NCBI GenBank assembly: GCA_963790475.1
Contig: CAWBOS010000012.1
Location: 736,001 to 800,000, forward strand
Reading direction: 5' to 3'
Origin: an uncultured delta proteobacterium
Lineage (GTDB): Bacteria > Desulfobacterota > RBG-13-43-22
DNA length: 64,000 nucleotides
Shown here: positions 1 to 10,671 of the stretch, piece after piece
Layout of the letters: each line of letters begins with the position of its first letter
Numbering within the stretch: the first letter of the stretch is position 1
Notes under the pieces: generated by a model
What the model was told of the DNA's origin: nothing
Databases searched by the model: none
What the model saw: the letters and a program-made list of their open reading frames with translations, nothing else
Program-made: the position numbers and the translations under genes

Positions 1-1116
1 CTGGCCATTGACCGGGAAAAAAGTCAGCTGCGGGTCCTCTCCCTGGAAACCGGAGAAGAATTCTTTCTCCCCTATGACCGGCTTGTTTTGGCCATAGGAG
101 CCCGTTCCCGAAAACTGGGAGTTGCAGGGGAAGAATCCCAAAATATCTTCACCCTGAAGGAAATGGCGGACGGCCTTCGAATCCGAAGTTTTATAGATCA
201 AAATAATCCCCGGAAGGCGGTGATTGTCGGGGCTGGTTATATTTCTTTAGAAGTGGCGGAGGCCTTACGGGAACGTGGGATCGAGACCACTCTCCTCTAT
301 CGGGGGAAATTTCCTTACAGCGGGTTGGAACCGGAGCTGGGACCGATCATCGTCAAAGAATTGGAGGCCCACGGTGTGCGTTATGTCGGGGAAATCCAGC
401 CGCGGTTTTTTGAAACCGAGGGGACTGCAGCCCGTCAACTGGTAACCGATCAGGGGGACTTTCCTGCCGATCTTTTTTTCGTCGGGGTTGGGATAGTCCC
501 TAATATCGAGATAGCCCGGGAGGCGGGAATCATCGTTGGAAAATCCGGAGGAATTCAGGTCAACTCTCTGATGCAGACCAGTGATCCCAATATCTGGGCG
601 GCCGGTGACTGTTGTGAGAAACTCCATTTGGTGACCGGTCAACCCCATCTGGCCCCCTTGGGAGATGTGGCCAACAAGGAGGGGAGGGTGGCTGGTGAAA
701 ACGCCGTTGGAGGCCAGGCCGAATTTCATGGAATCGTTGGGGCGGCCTGTGTGAAGGTTTTCGACCTGGAAATCGGCATGGCCGGGATCAGTGAAGCCCA
801 GGCTAAAAAGATAGGTTTCCCGGTTATAACTCAGGTGGTGGAAGCTTCTTCCCGGGTAGAATTTTTTCCTGGGGCCAAACCGACTTTATTGAAGATCGTA
901 GCCGATCAGTCGTCGGGCCGCCTCCTGGGCGGCAATTGGATCGGAGGGGACGGAGAGGCCCGTAAAATAAATGTCCTGGCCGTTGCCCTCTATCAGGGAA
1001 TGACTCTGGAGGCCATCTCCCGATTAGACCTGGCTTATTCCCCTCCTTTCAGCCCGGTCTGGGATCCCTTTTTGATTGCGGCCAATCTTCTTAAAAGAAA
1101 AGTTGCTGTTAAGTAG
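1..1116 (+). CDS. FAD-dependent pyridine nucleotide-disulfide oxidoreductase (CoA-disulfide reductase/NADH oxidase family), 5' end outside window
   Basis: Frame open from base 1. Motifs VIVGAGYIS (NAD binding), TSDPNIWAAGD (FAD) and C-terminal LDLAYSPPFSPVWDP dimerisation motif. Confidence 0.9.
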   Translation: MAIDREKSQLRVLSLETGEEFFLPYDRLVLAIGARSRKLGVAGEESQNIFTLKEMADGLRIRSFIDQNNPRKAVIVGAGYISLEVAEALRERGIETTLLYRGKFPYSGLEPELGPIIVKELEAHGVRYVGEIQPRFFETEGTAARQLVTDQGDFPADLFFVGVGIVPNIEIAREAGIIVGKSGGIQVNSLMQTSDPNIWAAGDCCEKLHLVTGQPHLAPLGDVANKEGRVAGENAVGGQAEFHGIVGAACVKVFDLEIGMAGISEAQAKKIGFPVITQVVEASSRVEFFPGAKPTLLKIVADQSSGRLLGGNWIGGDGEARKINVLAVALYQGMTLEAISRLDLAYSPPFSPVWDPFLIAANLLKRKVAVK

Positions 1117-1334
1117 GGGCAAGATTCGAGAAGGTGATGGTTCTGTAACCCAAAGTTAAATGTTAGGGATTCGGAGTCGGGAGTCGTAAGATGGCAAAAT
1201 TCTACTTTCAAATCCGACCTAATTACTCCCAACTGCCAGAGCCTGTTACCTAACTTTCCCCTTTTTCTCTTTACTTTACCGGTGAGGACGCGTATATTCC
1301 GACAAAACATTACCTTATGCTATAAAAGGACCTT

Positions 1335-3182
1335 ATGAAATCAAAAGCTCCCCAGCGTATTATTTTAATAGAACCTCACTCTCCGGCCGAACATGTTTTC
1401 AGCCGGGCGCGAATCCCCCGCCTGGGGACTATCCTCCTGGGTACTATGCTTCGGAACCAGGGGTACGAGGCCCGGGTCATAATCGAAGAGACCTCAGGAG
1501 AGGTTACCGGGGAAGACTTGCGCTGGGCCGATATGGTCGGCATTTCCTCGATCACCAGTACTATACCCCGTGCCTTCTCTCTTGGGGATCAGGCCAAGGG
1601 CTTGGGAAAAAGAGTTGTCTTTGGAGGCCCCCATGTCACCTTTTTGCCGGATGAGGCCCTGCCCCATGGTGATTTCGTGGTCCGTGGGGAAGGAGAAGAA
1701 ACTCTGACTGAACTCGTGAATGTCCTTCAGGGCCAAAATTCGCTGGATGGTATTTCGGGTCTCTCTTACTGGGAAGACGGTCGAACAAAGCATAACCCCG
1801 ATCGTCCCCTCCTTCAAAACTTGAATACCTTGCCTATCCCGGATTTTTCCCTGATCAAAGGCTGGAATTCACGTCAATCGGTGGTTCCGGTGGCCACTTC
1901 CAGGGGTTGTCCCTTTGCCTGTAAATTTTGTTCAGTGGTTACCATGTTCGGCCGGGGATATCGATTCCGGTCCAATGATCTGATCATGGAAGAGGTCCGG
2001 GTTAATGCCGGACAAGCCAACCATCTTTTCTTCTGTGATGATAATTTTGCCGCCAATCCCACCAGGGCCAAGGATCTTCTTCGGCGTATGAAAGAAGATA
2101 ACTTCCGGACCGGCTGGAGCACCCAGGTTCGGGCCGAATCGGCCTTTGATACCGAATTCCTGGAACTTCTCCGCGAGACCAACTGCTGGGGGGTTTATAT
2201 CGGTTTCGAAAGCGCCAGTGATCAGGTCCTGAAGGGCTATCGAAAAAAACAGGACCAGGACGGCATGGCCCGGGCCATATCGGCCTTCCATCGTCACGGG
2301 ATTCATATCCATGGGATGTTTATGGTCGGGGCCGACGAAGACACCCCGGAAACCATCCGGGAGACGATCCGCTTTTCCATCAAAAACCGGGTGGATTCGG
2401 CTCAATTTATGATGCTGACCCCTCTTCCGGGGACCGAAACTTTTGAGGCCCTGGAGCGGGAAAACCGGCTCCTGACCCGCAACTGGGAGCTCTTTGACGG
2501 GTCGCATGTGGTTTACCGGCCCCGTCTGATGACTGAAGAAGAATTACAAAAGGCCGCTTACCAGGCCCTGATTTCTTTTTATTCCTGGAAGGCCATTTTT
2601 AAACGACTGGTCAAGATGGACATTTATTATAGTTACCTCCGGTTTTACGGAAGAAGACTTCTTAAAAGGGCCAAGGACCGAATGGATAATCATCGTCGTT
2701 GGCTGTCGGACAATTTTCTGGACCAGGTCCAGAAACAATTCGGGCCCATCTGGGAATTCCGGGGGGTTCGCAAGGTAGCCCTTATTCCGGGGAATGCTAC
2801 TGAGGCCTATCAGAAATTTATCGCCGGCTTTTTAACCCGCCTGGGGGTTGAAGTTATTCAGGGTAATGAAAGGTCGGAGTTTTTGCAGCCTTTAAAAGAA
2901 AAGGTGGATCTGGTGGTGGTGCCTTTTCTTAATTACATTCAGGAAGAAAAGAAACGTCTTTCTCCGGCCTGGGAACAGCTTATCGCCGGCATCAAAGAAA
3001 AACTTCCCGAAGGCCTGACCCCGATCAAACTGCCCATTGATCTCAGAGGAGAGTCCCTTTACCGGTCCTGTGTACGCTTCGGCCTGCTATTTTCCACCAA
3101 TACCAACAAGATTCGCCGCGCCTACCGGAAGGCCTACCAACAACTCAACCCTCTCTTGCAGCCGGAGAGGGTTCGTTCTTAA
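1335..3182 (+). CDS. B12-binding domain radical SAM protein with C-terminal extension
   Basis: N-terminal cobalamin-binding segment (VVFGGPHVTF...RGEGE), CxxxCxxC in TSRGCPFACKFC, FCDDNF and IGFES motifs, about 150 extra C-terminal residues. Confidence 0.9.
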   Translation: MKSKAPQRIILIEPHSPAEHVFSRARIPRLGTILLGTMLRNQGYEARVIIEETSGEVTGEDLRWADMVGISSITSTIPRAFSLGDQAKGLGKRVVFGGPHVTFLPDEALPHGDFVVRGEGEETLTELVNVLQGQNSLDGISGLSYWEDGRTKHNPDRPLLQNLNTLPIPDFSLIKGWNSRQSVVPVATSRGCPFACKFCSVVTMFGRGYRFRSNDLIMEEVRVNAGQANHLFFCDDNFAANPTRAKDLLRRMKEDNFRTGWSTQVRAESAFDTEFLELLRETNCWGVYIGFESASDQVLKGYRKKQDQDGMARAISAFHRHGIHIHGMFMVGADEDTPETIRETIRFSIKNRVDSAQFMMLTPLPGTETFEALERENRLLTRNWELFDGSHVVYRPRLMTEEELQKAAYQALISFYSWKAIFKRLVKMDIYYSYLRFYGRRLLKRAKDRMDNHRRWLSDNFLDQVQKQFGPIWEFRGVRKVALIPGNATEAYQKFIAGFLTRLGVEVIQGNERSEFLQPLKEKVDLVVVPFLNYIQEEKKRLSPAWEQLIAGIKEKLPEGLTPIKLPIDLRGESLYRSCVRFGLLFSTNTNKIRRAYRKAYQQLNPLLQPERVRS

Positions 3183-3678
3183 TATGGAAACAGATTTTAT
3201 GCTTTGGTAAAAATTGCCGTTGTCTCCTTTTGGCTGGAGATAGAGATCATGGCCTTCGCCCGATTTAAACCCTCGTAGATTTTTCTGGCCGATTATTCTT
3301 GGTCTGTTAGATGATATAGACCTTTGCCGAGGATATTCTCTTATTCATCATCAGATCATCCGACTTCTCGACCTGGAACGGAATCGAATCCATAAACAAA
3401 TTCGATTGTTCCAGCAAGCTCCTTCAACGCATTGCCGAGATCCCTTCGTACTCTTGGCTCCAGATGAAATCCATAACCGAACAACAGTCCCTGATTCTCT
3501 TTTGACTCAAAGATTATCATCGGGAAAAATTTCTTGAATAAAAAAAAAGGCAAGACTATTATATCATAGTTATAATTATAATAATTTTGTCCCAACTTTT
3601 TTAAGTGGACTCGAGGTTATCCCAGGATTTGAACAATAGGTTTTCATGAGCTGATGATTGCATTAAGGGAGGGTTTTT

Positions 3679-4497
3679 ATGAGACTGAAAGGCAAAATCG
3701 CCATTGTGACTGGCGGCGGCGGCGGGTTGGGTGAAGGGATTTGCCTCTGTTTGGCGCAGGAAGGTGCTGACGTGGTGGTCAGTGACATTGACAAGCAGCT
3801 GGCCGATGCCGTGGCTGCGAAAGTTCGGGAGAAAGGTTCCAAATCTCTGGCTATCAAGACGGACGTCAGCCGGGAAGAAGAGGTCAAAAATCTGGTGGAT
3901 CAAACAGTCAAAGAAATGGGTGATGTTGATATCCTGGTGTGCTGCGCCGGGGTCTCCGGGTTTTCAAACCGGGAAGCCACCAGCATCCTTATCGAAGAAT
4001 TGCCCGTGGAGCAATGGGAAGAGACCTTCGCCATTAATATGAGGGGGGTGTTTTTGTGCAACCGTACCGTGGCCCCTATCTTTCGAAAAAAGAATAAGGG
4101 CCGGATCGTCAACATCGCCTCAATTGCCGGAAGAAAGGGGTCTGAAATGCTCCCGGCCTATAGCGCAAGCAAGGCCGCCGTCATCTCTTTTACCCAAAGT
4201 ATGGCCCTGCAGATGGCACCGCATCACGTTAATGTGAACGCGGTCTGCCCCGGTATCATCTATACGCCCATGTGGGAAAGAGGTGCTCAGGTAATAGCCA
4301 AAGCCCATCCGATGTTCGCGGGTACCGGTATCAATCCCAAAGAGGCCCTGGATTTGATGGTCCAGACCTCGATCCCTTTTAAAACGTATCAGACTCCGGA
4401 GGATATCGGGAAGGCAGTAGTTTTTCTGGCCTCGGAGGAGGCTAAAGAAATTACCGGGCAGGCTCTGAATGTTTGCGGGGGAATGTACTTTAGTTGA
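3679..4497 (+). CDS. Short-chain dehydrogenase/reductase (possible acetoin/butanediol dehydrogenase)
   Basis: TGGGGGLG, YSASK and NAVCPG motifs; RBS GGAGG. Substrate inferred from the aco context only. Confidence 0.9.
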   Translation: MRLKGKIAIVTGGGGGLGEGICLCLAQEGADVVVSDIDKQLADAVAAKVREKGSKSLAIKTDVSREEEVKNLVDQTVKEMGDVDILVCCAGVSGFSNREATSILIEELPVEQWEETFAINMRGVFLCNRTVAPIFRKKNKGRIVNIASIAGRKGSEMLPAYSASKAAVISFTQSMALQMAPHHVNVNAVCPGIIYTPMWERGAQVIAKAHPMFAGTGINPKEALDLMVQTSIPFKTYQTPEDIGKAVVFLASEEAKEITGQALNVCGGMYFS

Positions 4498-4515
4498 TAT
4501 GGTGATTAGCGTTAA

Positions 4516-5538
4516 ATGTTACAAAACCATAAAGGTGATTCATTGGTTAAATCCGTAGGTATCATAGCCAATCCCGCTTCTGGCCGCGACATCCGACGGT
4601 TGGTGGCTCACGGGTCGGTCTTTGATAACCAGGAGAAAATCAACATCATTCGGAGGGTTCTTTTGGCCCTGGATGAGGTTGGGATAGAGCAGGTTTTTAT
4701 GATGCCTGATTTTGCCGGTCTGGGAATCAGGGCCCTGGAAGACCTTGACTTGTCCCTCCAGGCATCAGTGCTGGATATGGAGGCCCAGGGGACCCAGAAC
4801 GATTCGTCCAGAGCGGCTGCACTTATGAAGGGGAAAGGGGTGGGCTGCCTGATCACTCTGGGGGGAGACGGCACAAATCGGGTAGTGGCCAAGGCCTGCG
4901 GCGACATCCCCCTTGTTCCCATTTCCTGTGGGACCAACAATGTATTCCCTTTCCTGGTGGAAGGCACTGTGGCCGGTCTGGCGGCGGGGTTGGTGGCCGG
5001 GGGGCAGGTAAAGATGACGGACGTCTGTTTCCGCGCGCCCATCTTGGAGATCCTGCGAAACGGGGAACCGGAGGATGTGGCGCTGGTTGATGTAGTAATT
5101 ACCGACGACCTTTTTACCGGGGTTCGTGCCGTCTGGGATGTGGATCGGGTGAAAGAAATATTTCTGGCGCGGTCCCGGCCATCGGCCATCGGATTTTCAT
5201 CCCTCGGAGGGTATGTTTGTCCCCTGCCCCTTCAGAGCGGTCTTGGCCTTCACCTGGTTCTGGGACCAGGTAAAAAGCGGGTCAAATCTCCCATCGCCCC
5301 CGGGCATATTTGTTGGGTCTCCATCGCTTCCTATCGAAAATTCGAGGGAAAAGAGGAAATACCCATTCTAGAAAGTGCGGCAATGATCGCCCTTGATGGT
5401 GAGCGGGAGATAGGCATACGGAGGGGTGAGAAATGGTCGGTGAGGATTAATTCCGTAGGCCCATGGGTGGTGGATATTGAAAAGGCGGTGGACCTCGGGT
5501 GCGGATGTGGTCTGTTTCACGAGGAAGTGAATCCATAA
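4516..5538 (+). CDS. acoX: AcoX-like ATP-NAD kinase family protein
   Basis: GIIANPASGRDIRRLVA, LGGDGTNR and GTNNVFP motifs; lies directly upstream of E1 alpha/beta. Real start may be a few codons downstream. Confidence 0.85.
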   Translation: MLQNHKGDSLVKSVGIIANPASGRDIRRLVAHGSVFDNQEKINIIRRVLLALDEVGIEQVFMMPDFAGLGIRALEDLDLSLQASVLDMEAQGTQNDSSRAAALMKGKGVGCLITLGGDGTNRVVAKACGDIPLVPISCGTNNVFPFLVEGTVAGLAAGLVAGGQVKMTDVCFRAPILEILRNGEPEDVALVDVVITDDLFTGVRAVWDVDRVKEIFLARSRPSAIGFSSLGGYVCPLPLQSGLGLHLVLGPGKKRVKSPIAPGHICWVSIASYRKFEGKEEIPILESAAMIALDGEREIGIRRGEKWSVRINSVGPWVVDIEKAVDLGCGCGLFHEEVNP

Positions 5539-5589
5539 TCAGAATTAAAAAACGTCAAAAGGTTTTTAATGAGATAAAGGAGGTATGAC

Positions 5590-6571
5590 ATGGCTCTGAC
5601 GAAGGAAAATTTAGTGACTCTTTACATCAATCTGGTGCGGACCAGGGCCTTTGACCGGGCTTTTGTCCGGAGACTGGGCGAAGGTAAGCTGCTGGGCTTT
5701 TTCCACCTGGCGGATGGCGGAGAAGCCCCTGGTGTGGGCGCCTGTAGTTTTTTGCGTCCGGATGATTATTTATGGCCCCATATCAGAGGACACGGTCTGC
5801 CCCACATGATTAGCAAGGGGGTTGACCCAAAATATTATATGGCTGAACATTGCGGCAAGGACACAGGCCTGTGCCGGGGGATGTCCACCTTTCATGGTGT
5901 AGCCCCCGAGTATGGCATTATGGGATTTGCCGGAACCATCGGTTCCGGGTTCCCGGTCACGGTGGGTTATGGCCTGGCGGCGAAAAAAAACGGCCGCGGC
6001 CAAATTGTCATGAGCTGTTTCGGTGACGGAACCTCCAACCGGGGGACCTTTCATGAATGCGCCTTAATGGTGAATAACTGGAAGCTCCCTGTTGTTTTTC
6101 TTTGCGAGAACAATGGACTGGGTATGTTTGTTCCTGTGAAAGACTCCCATCCGGTGGCGGATATCGCCTCACTGGCCCAGGGTTACGGGATGCCCGGTGT
6201 AGTGGTTGACGGGCAGGACGTCATTGCCGTGGCCGAAGCGGTTCAGGTGGCTGTGGAAAGGGCTCGCCAGGGCAAGGGAGCCTCAATGATCGAAGCTAAA
6301 TGCGAACGTTTTGGCCCACACGCCGTCGGAATCCCCGATTATAGCGGGGCGGAAGTTCGCTCGGCAGGAGGAAATCAATTATCTGCGCGAAAATCGGGAT
6401 CCGGTCAAGATCTGTCGGGTCAAGTTATTGGATCAAGCGGTGCTCACCGAAGAGGACGTGCGCCGCATCCAGGCCGAGGCGGATGCCGAGGTCGCAGCGG
6501 CGGAAAAGTTTGTTGAGGAGAGTCCGATCCCGGACCCTTCCTTATTTGAAGAATTACTCTATGCGCGCTAA
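5590..6571 (+). CDS. acoA: TPP-dependent dehydrogenase E1 alpha subunit (acetoin/2-oxoacid), frameshifted near 6364
   Basis: FGDG...ENN TPP motif in ORF 5590..6516. The natural C-terminus (QEEINYLRENRDPV...EESPIPDP) lies in ORF 6311..6571, restored by removing one base. Confidence 0.85.
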
Positions 6572-6582
6572 GGAGGTAAATA

Positions 6583-7548
6583 ATGGCTCAAAAATTTTAT
6601 GTTCAGGCATTGGCTGAAGCTTTGGCCGAAGAGATGCAGCAGGACGAAAAGGTCTTTGTGGTCGGCGAGAGTGTGCGCGCGGGATCTTTTGGTATTACGA
6701 GTGGACTGGTTAAGAGGTTTGGTGCCGATCGTGTGCTGGACACTCCCATTTCCGAAACAGGAGTGGCCGGGGCGGGAATCGGGGCAGCCCTTTGCGGTTA
6801 TCGCCCGGTGGTAGATTTAATGTTCGCCGATTTTATGTTTGTGGCCGGAGACGAATTATTTCTCAAAGCCCCCCAATGGCGGTTTCTCCATGGGGGCAAA
6901 GTGGACATGCCGGTGACCTTCCTGGGCGCGGTCGGCGGGGGAAATAAGCTGGCCAATGAACACTCCAAGACACCTCTTTCCCCTCTTTTACACTTTCCTG
7001 GGATTAAGGTTGTCTTTCCTTCTACGCCCTATGACGCCAAAGGTCTTTTAAAAACAGCCATACGGGACAATAATCCGGTATTTTTCTTCTGGCATAAGGC
7101 CTTGCTGATGTCTGCCGGAGAAGTCCCCGATGGCGAGTACACGATTCCTCTGGGAGTGGCCGATGTCAAGAGGGAGGGGTCAGATGTGACCCTTGTTGCA
7201 TCCGGGATGATGACCCACTATGCCTTGCAGGTTGCCGCGGAACTGGAAGGGAAGATCAGTGTCGAGGTGATTGACCCGAGATCCTTTGAACCTCTGGACC
7301 TGGCGACTATCTTGAAATCCGTGGAAAAAACCGGCCGGCTGGTCATCGCCGACGAAGATACCGAACGATGCGGGTTTGCCGCTGAGCTGGGCTTCCAGGT
7401 TATGGAAAAGGCCTTTGATTTACTGGACGCCCCGATAAAACGGGTCTGTTCCCCCAACTACCCGATTCCCGGCGGTTACATGGAGGCGTTTTATCTGCCC
7501 AACCCTGAGAAAATTTCTGCCGCCATCAAAGGGGTAGTGGGGGGATAA
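6583..7548 (+). CDS. acoB: TPP-dependent dehydrogenase E1 beta subunit
   Basis: RVLDTPISE, PSTPYDAKGLLKTAIRDNNPV and EVIDPRS motifs; RBS AGGAGG. Confidence 0.9.
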   Translation: MAQKFYVQALAEALAEEMQQDEKVFVVGESVRAGSFGITSGLVKRFGADRVLDTPISETGVAGAGIGAALCGYRPVVDLMFADFMFVAGDELFLKAPQWRFLHGGKVDMPVTFLGAVGGGNKLANEHSKTPLSPLLHFPGIKVVFPSTPYDAKGLLKTAIRDNNPVFFFWHKALLMSAGEVPDGEYTIPLGVADVKREGSDVTLVASGMMTHYALQVAAELEGKISVEVIDPRSFEPLDLATILKSVEKTGRLVIADEDTERCGFAAELGFQVMEKAFDLLDAPIKRVCSPNYPIPGGYMEAFYLPNPEKISAAIKGVVGG

Positions 7549-7736
7549 ACAAACGAATTAGAAACAGGGTTAAGCGCAAAGCGCAAGGCGCACGGTTCAG
7601 GGTGCATGGTGTAGGGTTTAAGGTCGAAGGTTTAGGGTAATAAAACTTTATACCTTATACTCTAGATCCTAGACTTGATATCGTACCCCTTTGACCTTTT
7701 ACCGGTTATTAGTTTGACAAGGAGATATATAGAGAA

Positions 7737-8993
7737 ATGACAACTCAAGTCGTGATGCCCAAATTGGCCATGGCCATGAGTCAGGGGAAAATCGTTGAAT
7801 GGAAGGTTAAGGAAGGAGACCGTGTTGAAAAGGGTCAGGTCATCATGGTTATCGAGACGGAAAAGGTGACCTATGACATCGAGGCCTCGGTATCGGGGTA
7901 CTTCCACATTGTGACCAGGCTTGATGAAACCGTGCCGGTTAACCATGTCGTGGCCTGGATTGCCACCTCGGAAGAAGAACTGATCTCTCTTCAGGCTGAA
8001 TCTCCAGCACCGGCGGCAGGTGAGGAGAAATCTGGGCCAGTCGAAAAGGCTCCTACCTCCCAGCCACCGATTCAGCACCCTCCGGAAGGCAGGGTTAAAA
8101 TTTCCCCGGCCGCGAAAAAGATTGCCGAGGATCACAGTATTAATTGGAGCGTATTGATCGGAACCGGGCCGGGGGGACGTATTGTCAGAGAAGATATCGA
8201 AAAGGCCATCGAAGCCGCCAGAAAAGAACCGGCCGCGGTACCTGCCGAATGGGGCGGAGAAGTGATTGACGGCAAAAGGGTCAAACAGGCCCTTCCTTTA
8301 AAGGGTATGCGGGCGGCGATCGCCGAACACATGATTCGGAGCCTCCATACTGCGGCCCAACTGACCACGACCTGTGATATAGATATGTCGGAACTGATTC
8401 GCATCCGCAATTCATTTATGGCCAAAGAAGAAGAGATCGGGGTGAGGATTTCTTTTACCGATCTGCTGGTTTTCATCCTGTCCAGGGTTTTGAAAGAGCA
8501 GCCTCGGATGAACTCAAGCCTGATCGATAACCGGGTCATTTTATGGGAGGATATAAACATTGGCGTGGCCGTGGCGGTTGAACTGAGTGAGATGGAAACC
8601 GGATTGATCGTGCCCGTGACCCGCAATACGGACCAAAAATCCCTGCTGACTATTAGTAGAGAGATCAAGGCCCTGACCAAAAGGGCCAGGGCCATGCAGC
8701 TTCTTCCGGATGATTTGGGAGGAGGGACCTTTACCATCACCAATTTCGGAGTCTTCGGTGTCGGCTATTCGATCACAACCCCCGTCATCAATCAGCCCGA
8801 AGCGGCGATCCTCGGAACCGGGGCGGTAGTAGACCGGGCGGTGGTCAGGGAGGGCCAGATTGTCGTCCGTCCAATCATGCCCTTAAGCCTCACTTTTGAC
8901 CATCGACTTTTGGACGGTGCGCCCATCGGCAAATTTTTTAAACGGCTCCAGGAACTGCTGGAAAACCCGAATCTTTTGCTATTAGGAGAATAA
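7737..8993 (+). CDS. acoC: Dihydrolipoamide acyltransferase E2
   Basis: Lipoyl domain ETEKV, E3-binding GTGPGGRI, catalytic FDHRLLDG. Confidence 0.9.
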   Translation: MTTQVVMPKLAMAMSQGKIVEWKVKEGDRVEKGQVIMVIETEKVTYDIEASVSGYFHIVTRLDETVPVNHVVAWIATSEEELISLQAESPAPAAGEEKSGPVEKAPTSQPPIQHPPEGRVKISPAAKKIAEDHSINWSVLIGTGPGGRIVREDIEKAIEAARKEPAAVPAEWGGEVIDGKRVKQALPLKGMRAAIAEHMIRSLHTAAQLTTTCDIDMSELIRIRNSFMAKEEEIGVRISFTDLLVFILSRVLKEQPRMNSSLIDNRVILWEDINIGVAVAVELSEMETGLIVPVTRNTDQKSLLTISREIKALTKRARAMQLLPDDLGGGTFTITNFGVFGVGYSITTPVINQPEAAILGTGAVVDRAVVREGQIVVRPIMPLSLTFDHRLLDGAPIGKFFKRLQELLENPNLLLLGE

Positions 8994-8994
8994 C

Positions 8995-10356
8995 ATGTAC
9001 GATGTCCTGATTCTCGGCGGCGGCCCCGGCGGATATGCCGCCGCCATCCGCGCTTCTCAGTTGAAGGGGAAGGTCGCTTTGGTGGAAAGCACAGGACTTG
9101 GCGGAACCTGTGTGAACAGGGGTTGCATCCCCAGCAAGGTATGGTTGCGCTCAGCCTATCTCAAATACTGGATTGAGCATTCCGAAGAATTCGGCCTCAT
9201 GACTACTCTACAGGGTTGGGACCTGGGAGCCATCGTCCAAAGGAAAAATGGAGTTGCTCACGACATCAGGGAAGGCATGAGAGCGCTCCTCAAGAAAAAC
9301 GGTGTTGATCTGGTCAGCGGACAGGGCATTTTGAAGAATACCAAGGTGGTTTCCGTCGACGGGAAATCCTATGAGTCTAAAAAGATCATCATCGCCACCG
9401 GGAGTTCTCCTGCCGTCCCTAATGTTCCGGGGCTCGTCGACCTGGCTTTGACCGCGGAGCAGGTATTCGATCTTGAGGAGCTGCCGGCGTCGGTTTTGAT
9501 TCTGGGCGGTGGCCCGATAGAGGTGGAAACGGCTGCCATTTTCGCCGCCTTCGGCACCAAAACCACCTTGGCTGTCCCGGAGCGACGAATCCTACCCAAG
9601 GAAGACAACGGAACGAGCCAGCGTTTGACCCAGGTTTTGAAAGACCAGGGTATTGAAATCATCAGGGGCATTGTGGCGGATGAAATCCTTAAATCCGAAG
9701 GTGAGGCCAGTGCCAGGTTCGGTGAGAAATGGGTGAAGGCGGCCCGAATTGTTGTCGGTGGACGTAAACCCAGCACCGCGGGGTTGGGTTTGGAAAGCCA
9801 GGGTCTTAAACTGAACGACGATGGGTCCGTCAAAGTGAATGATAAACTTGAAACATCTATACCTGGGGTCTATGCCATCGGGGACGTTACCGGTGGTTGG
9901 ATGCTCAGCCATGCGGCCAGCACCATGGGGGTGATTGCCGCCGAAAACGCTATGGGTGGTGAGGCCATCTTTCGTTCTCATCTCGTGCCGCGGGGGCTGT
10001 GGACCAACCCGGAGATGGCCGCTGTGGGAATCAGCGAGGAAGAGGCTGGAAAGCAGGGGCTCGACATCAACGTCGGTTATTTCCCTTATCCGGTCAATGG
10101 GATGGCCATGTTGAGTGGACAGGCCGACGGCGCCGTCAAGATCATTTCCGAGGCCCAATATGGGCAAATATTGGGTGTACACATTGTAGGGGCCGGCGCA
10201 ACCGAGCTCATCGGCGAGGCGGTCATGGCCCTGCAGTTGGAATGCACCGTGGACGAACTGGCCCATTCCATCCGAATGCATCCCACCTTTTCAGAATGCC
10301 TGATGGATGCGGCCCGGGATGCGGCCTCCTGGGCGCTATATTTGCCGCCTCGCTAA
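8995..10356 (+). CDS. lpdA: Dihydrolipoamide dehydrogenase E3
   Basis: GGGPGGY, GGTCVNRGCIPSK redox disulfide, HPTFSE. Confidence 0.95.
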   Translation: MYDVLILGGGPGGYAAAIRASQLKGKVALVESTGLGGTCVNRGCIPSKVWLRSAYLKYWIEHSEEFGLMTTLQGWDLGAIVQRKNGVAHDIREGMRALLKKNGVDLVSGQGILKNTKVVSVDGKSYESKKIIIATGSSPAVPNVPGLVDLALTAEQVFDLEELPASVLILGGGPIEVETAAIFAAFGTKTTLAVPERRILPKEDNGTSQRLTQVLKDQGIEIIRGIVADEILKSEGEASARFGEKWVKAARIVVGGRKPSTAGLGLESQGLKLNDDGSVKVNDKLETSIPGVYAIGDVTGGWMLSHAASTMGVIAAENAMGGEAIFRSHLVPRGLWTNPEMAAVGISEEEAGKQGLDINVGYFPYPVNGMAMLSGQADGAVKIISEAQYGQILGVHIVGAGATELIGEAVMALQLECTVDELAHSIRMHPTFSECLMDAARDAASWALYLPPR

Positions 10357-10671
10357 ATCTGACCAGTTCGCGAGAATCTCATCTTTTTTCACCAAGGCGA
10401 AAACCGGAGTCCGGGAGTAGAATTCAAGTGGTTCTATTCCGCCGGAGAAGGGACCGGGACTTATCAGGCCTCGGCCGGTTGTTGGAACTTATTACGGGTC
10501 CATCCGTTGAAAATTTGTATAAAGACAAGTTAGATTCATTTTCAGAATATCAGAGCAAGAGAGGATTTCGATGAGGACACAAGCTTCACCTTTCGGGATC
10601 CTTTCCTAAAAGAATTATCCCTATGGGGAGCCTGATCACGGTGTCAACCGTTCAAAGCGCGATTTGTTTCC

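Noticed and set aside
3183-3600. AT-rich gap and 79-aa minus-strand ORF
   Set aside because: No recognisable motif or RBS; treated as intergenic or unidentifiable remnant.
6311-6571. Programmed frameshifting in acoA and the hydrogenase genes
   Set aside because: No slippery heptamers are present at the breaks, and such recoding is not known for these families. Error or decay is more parsimonious.
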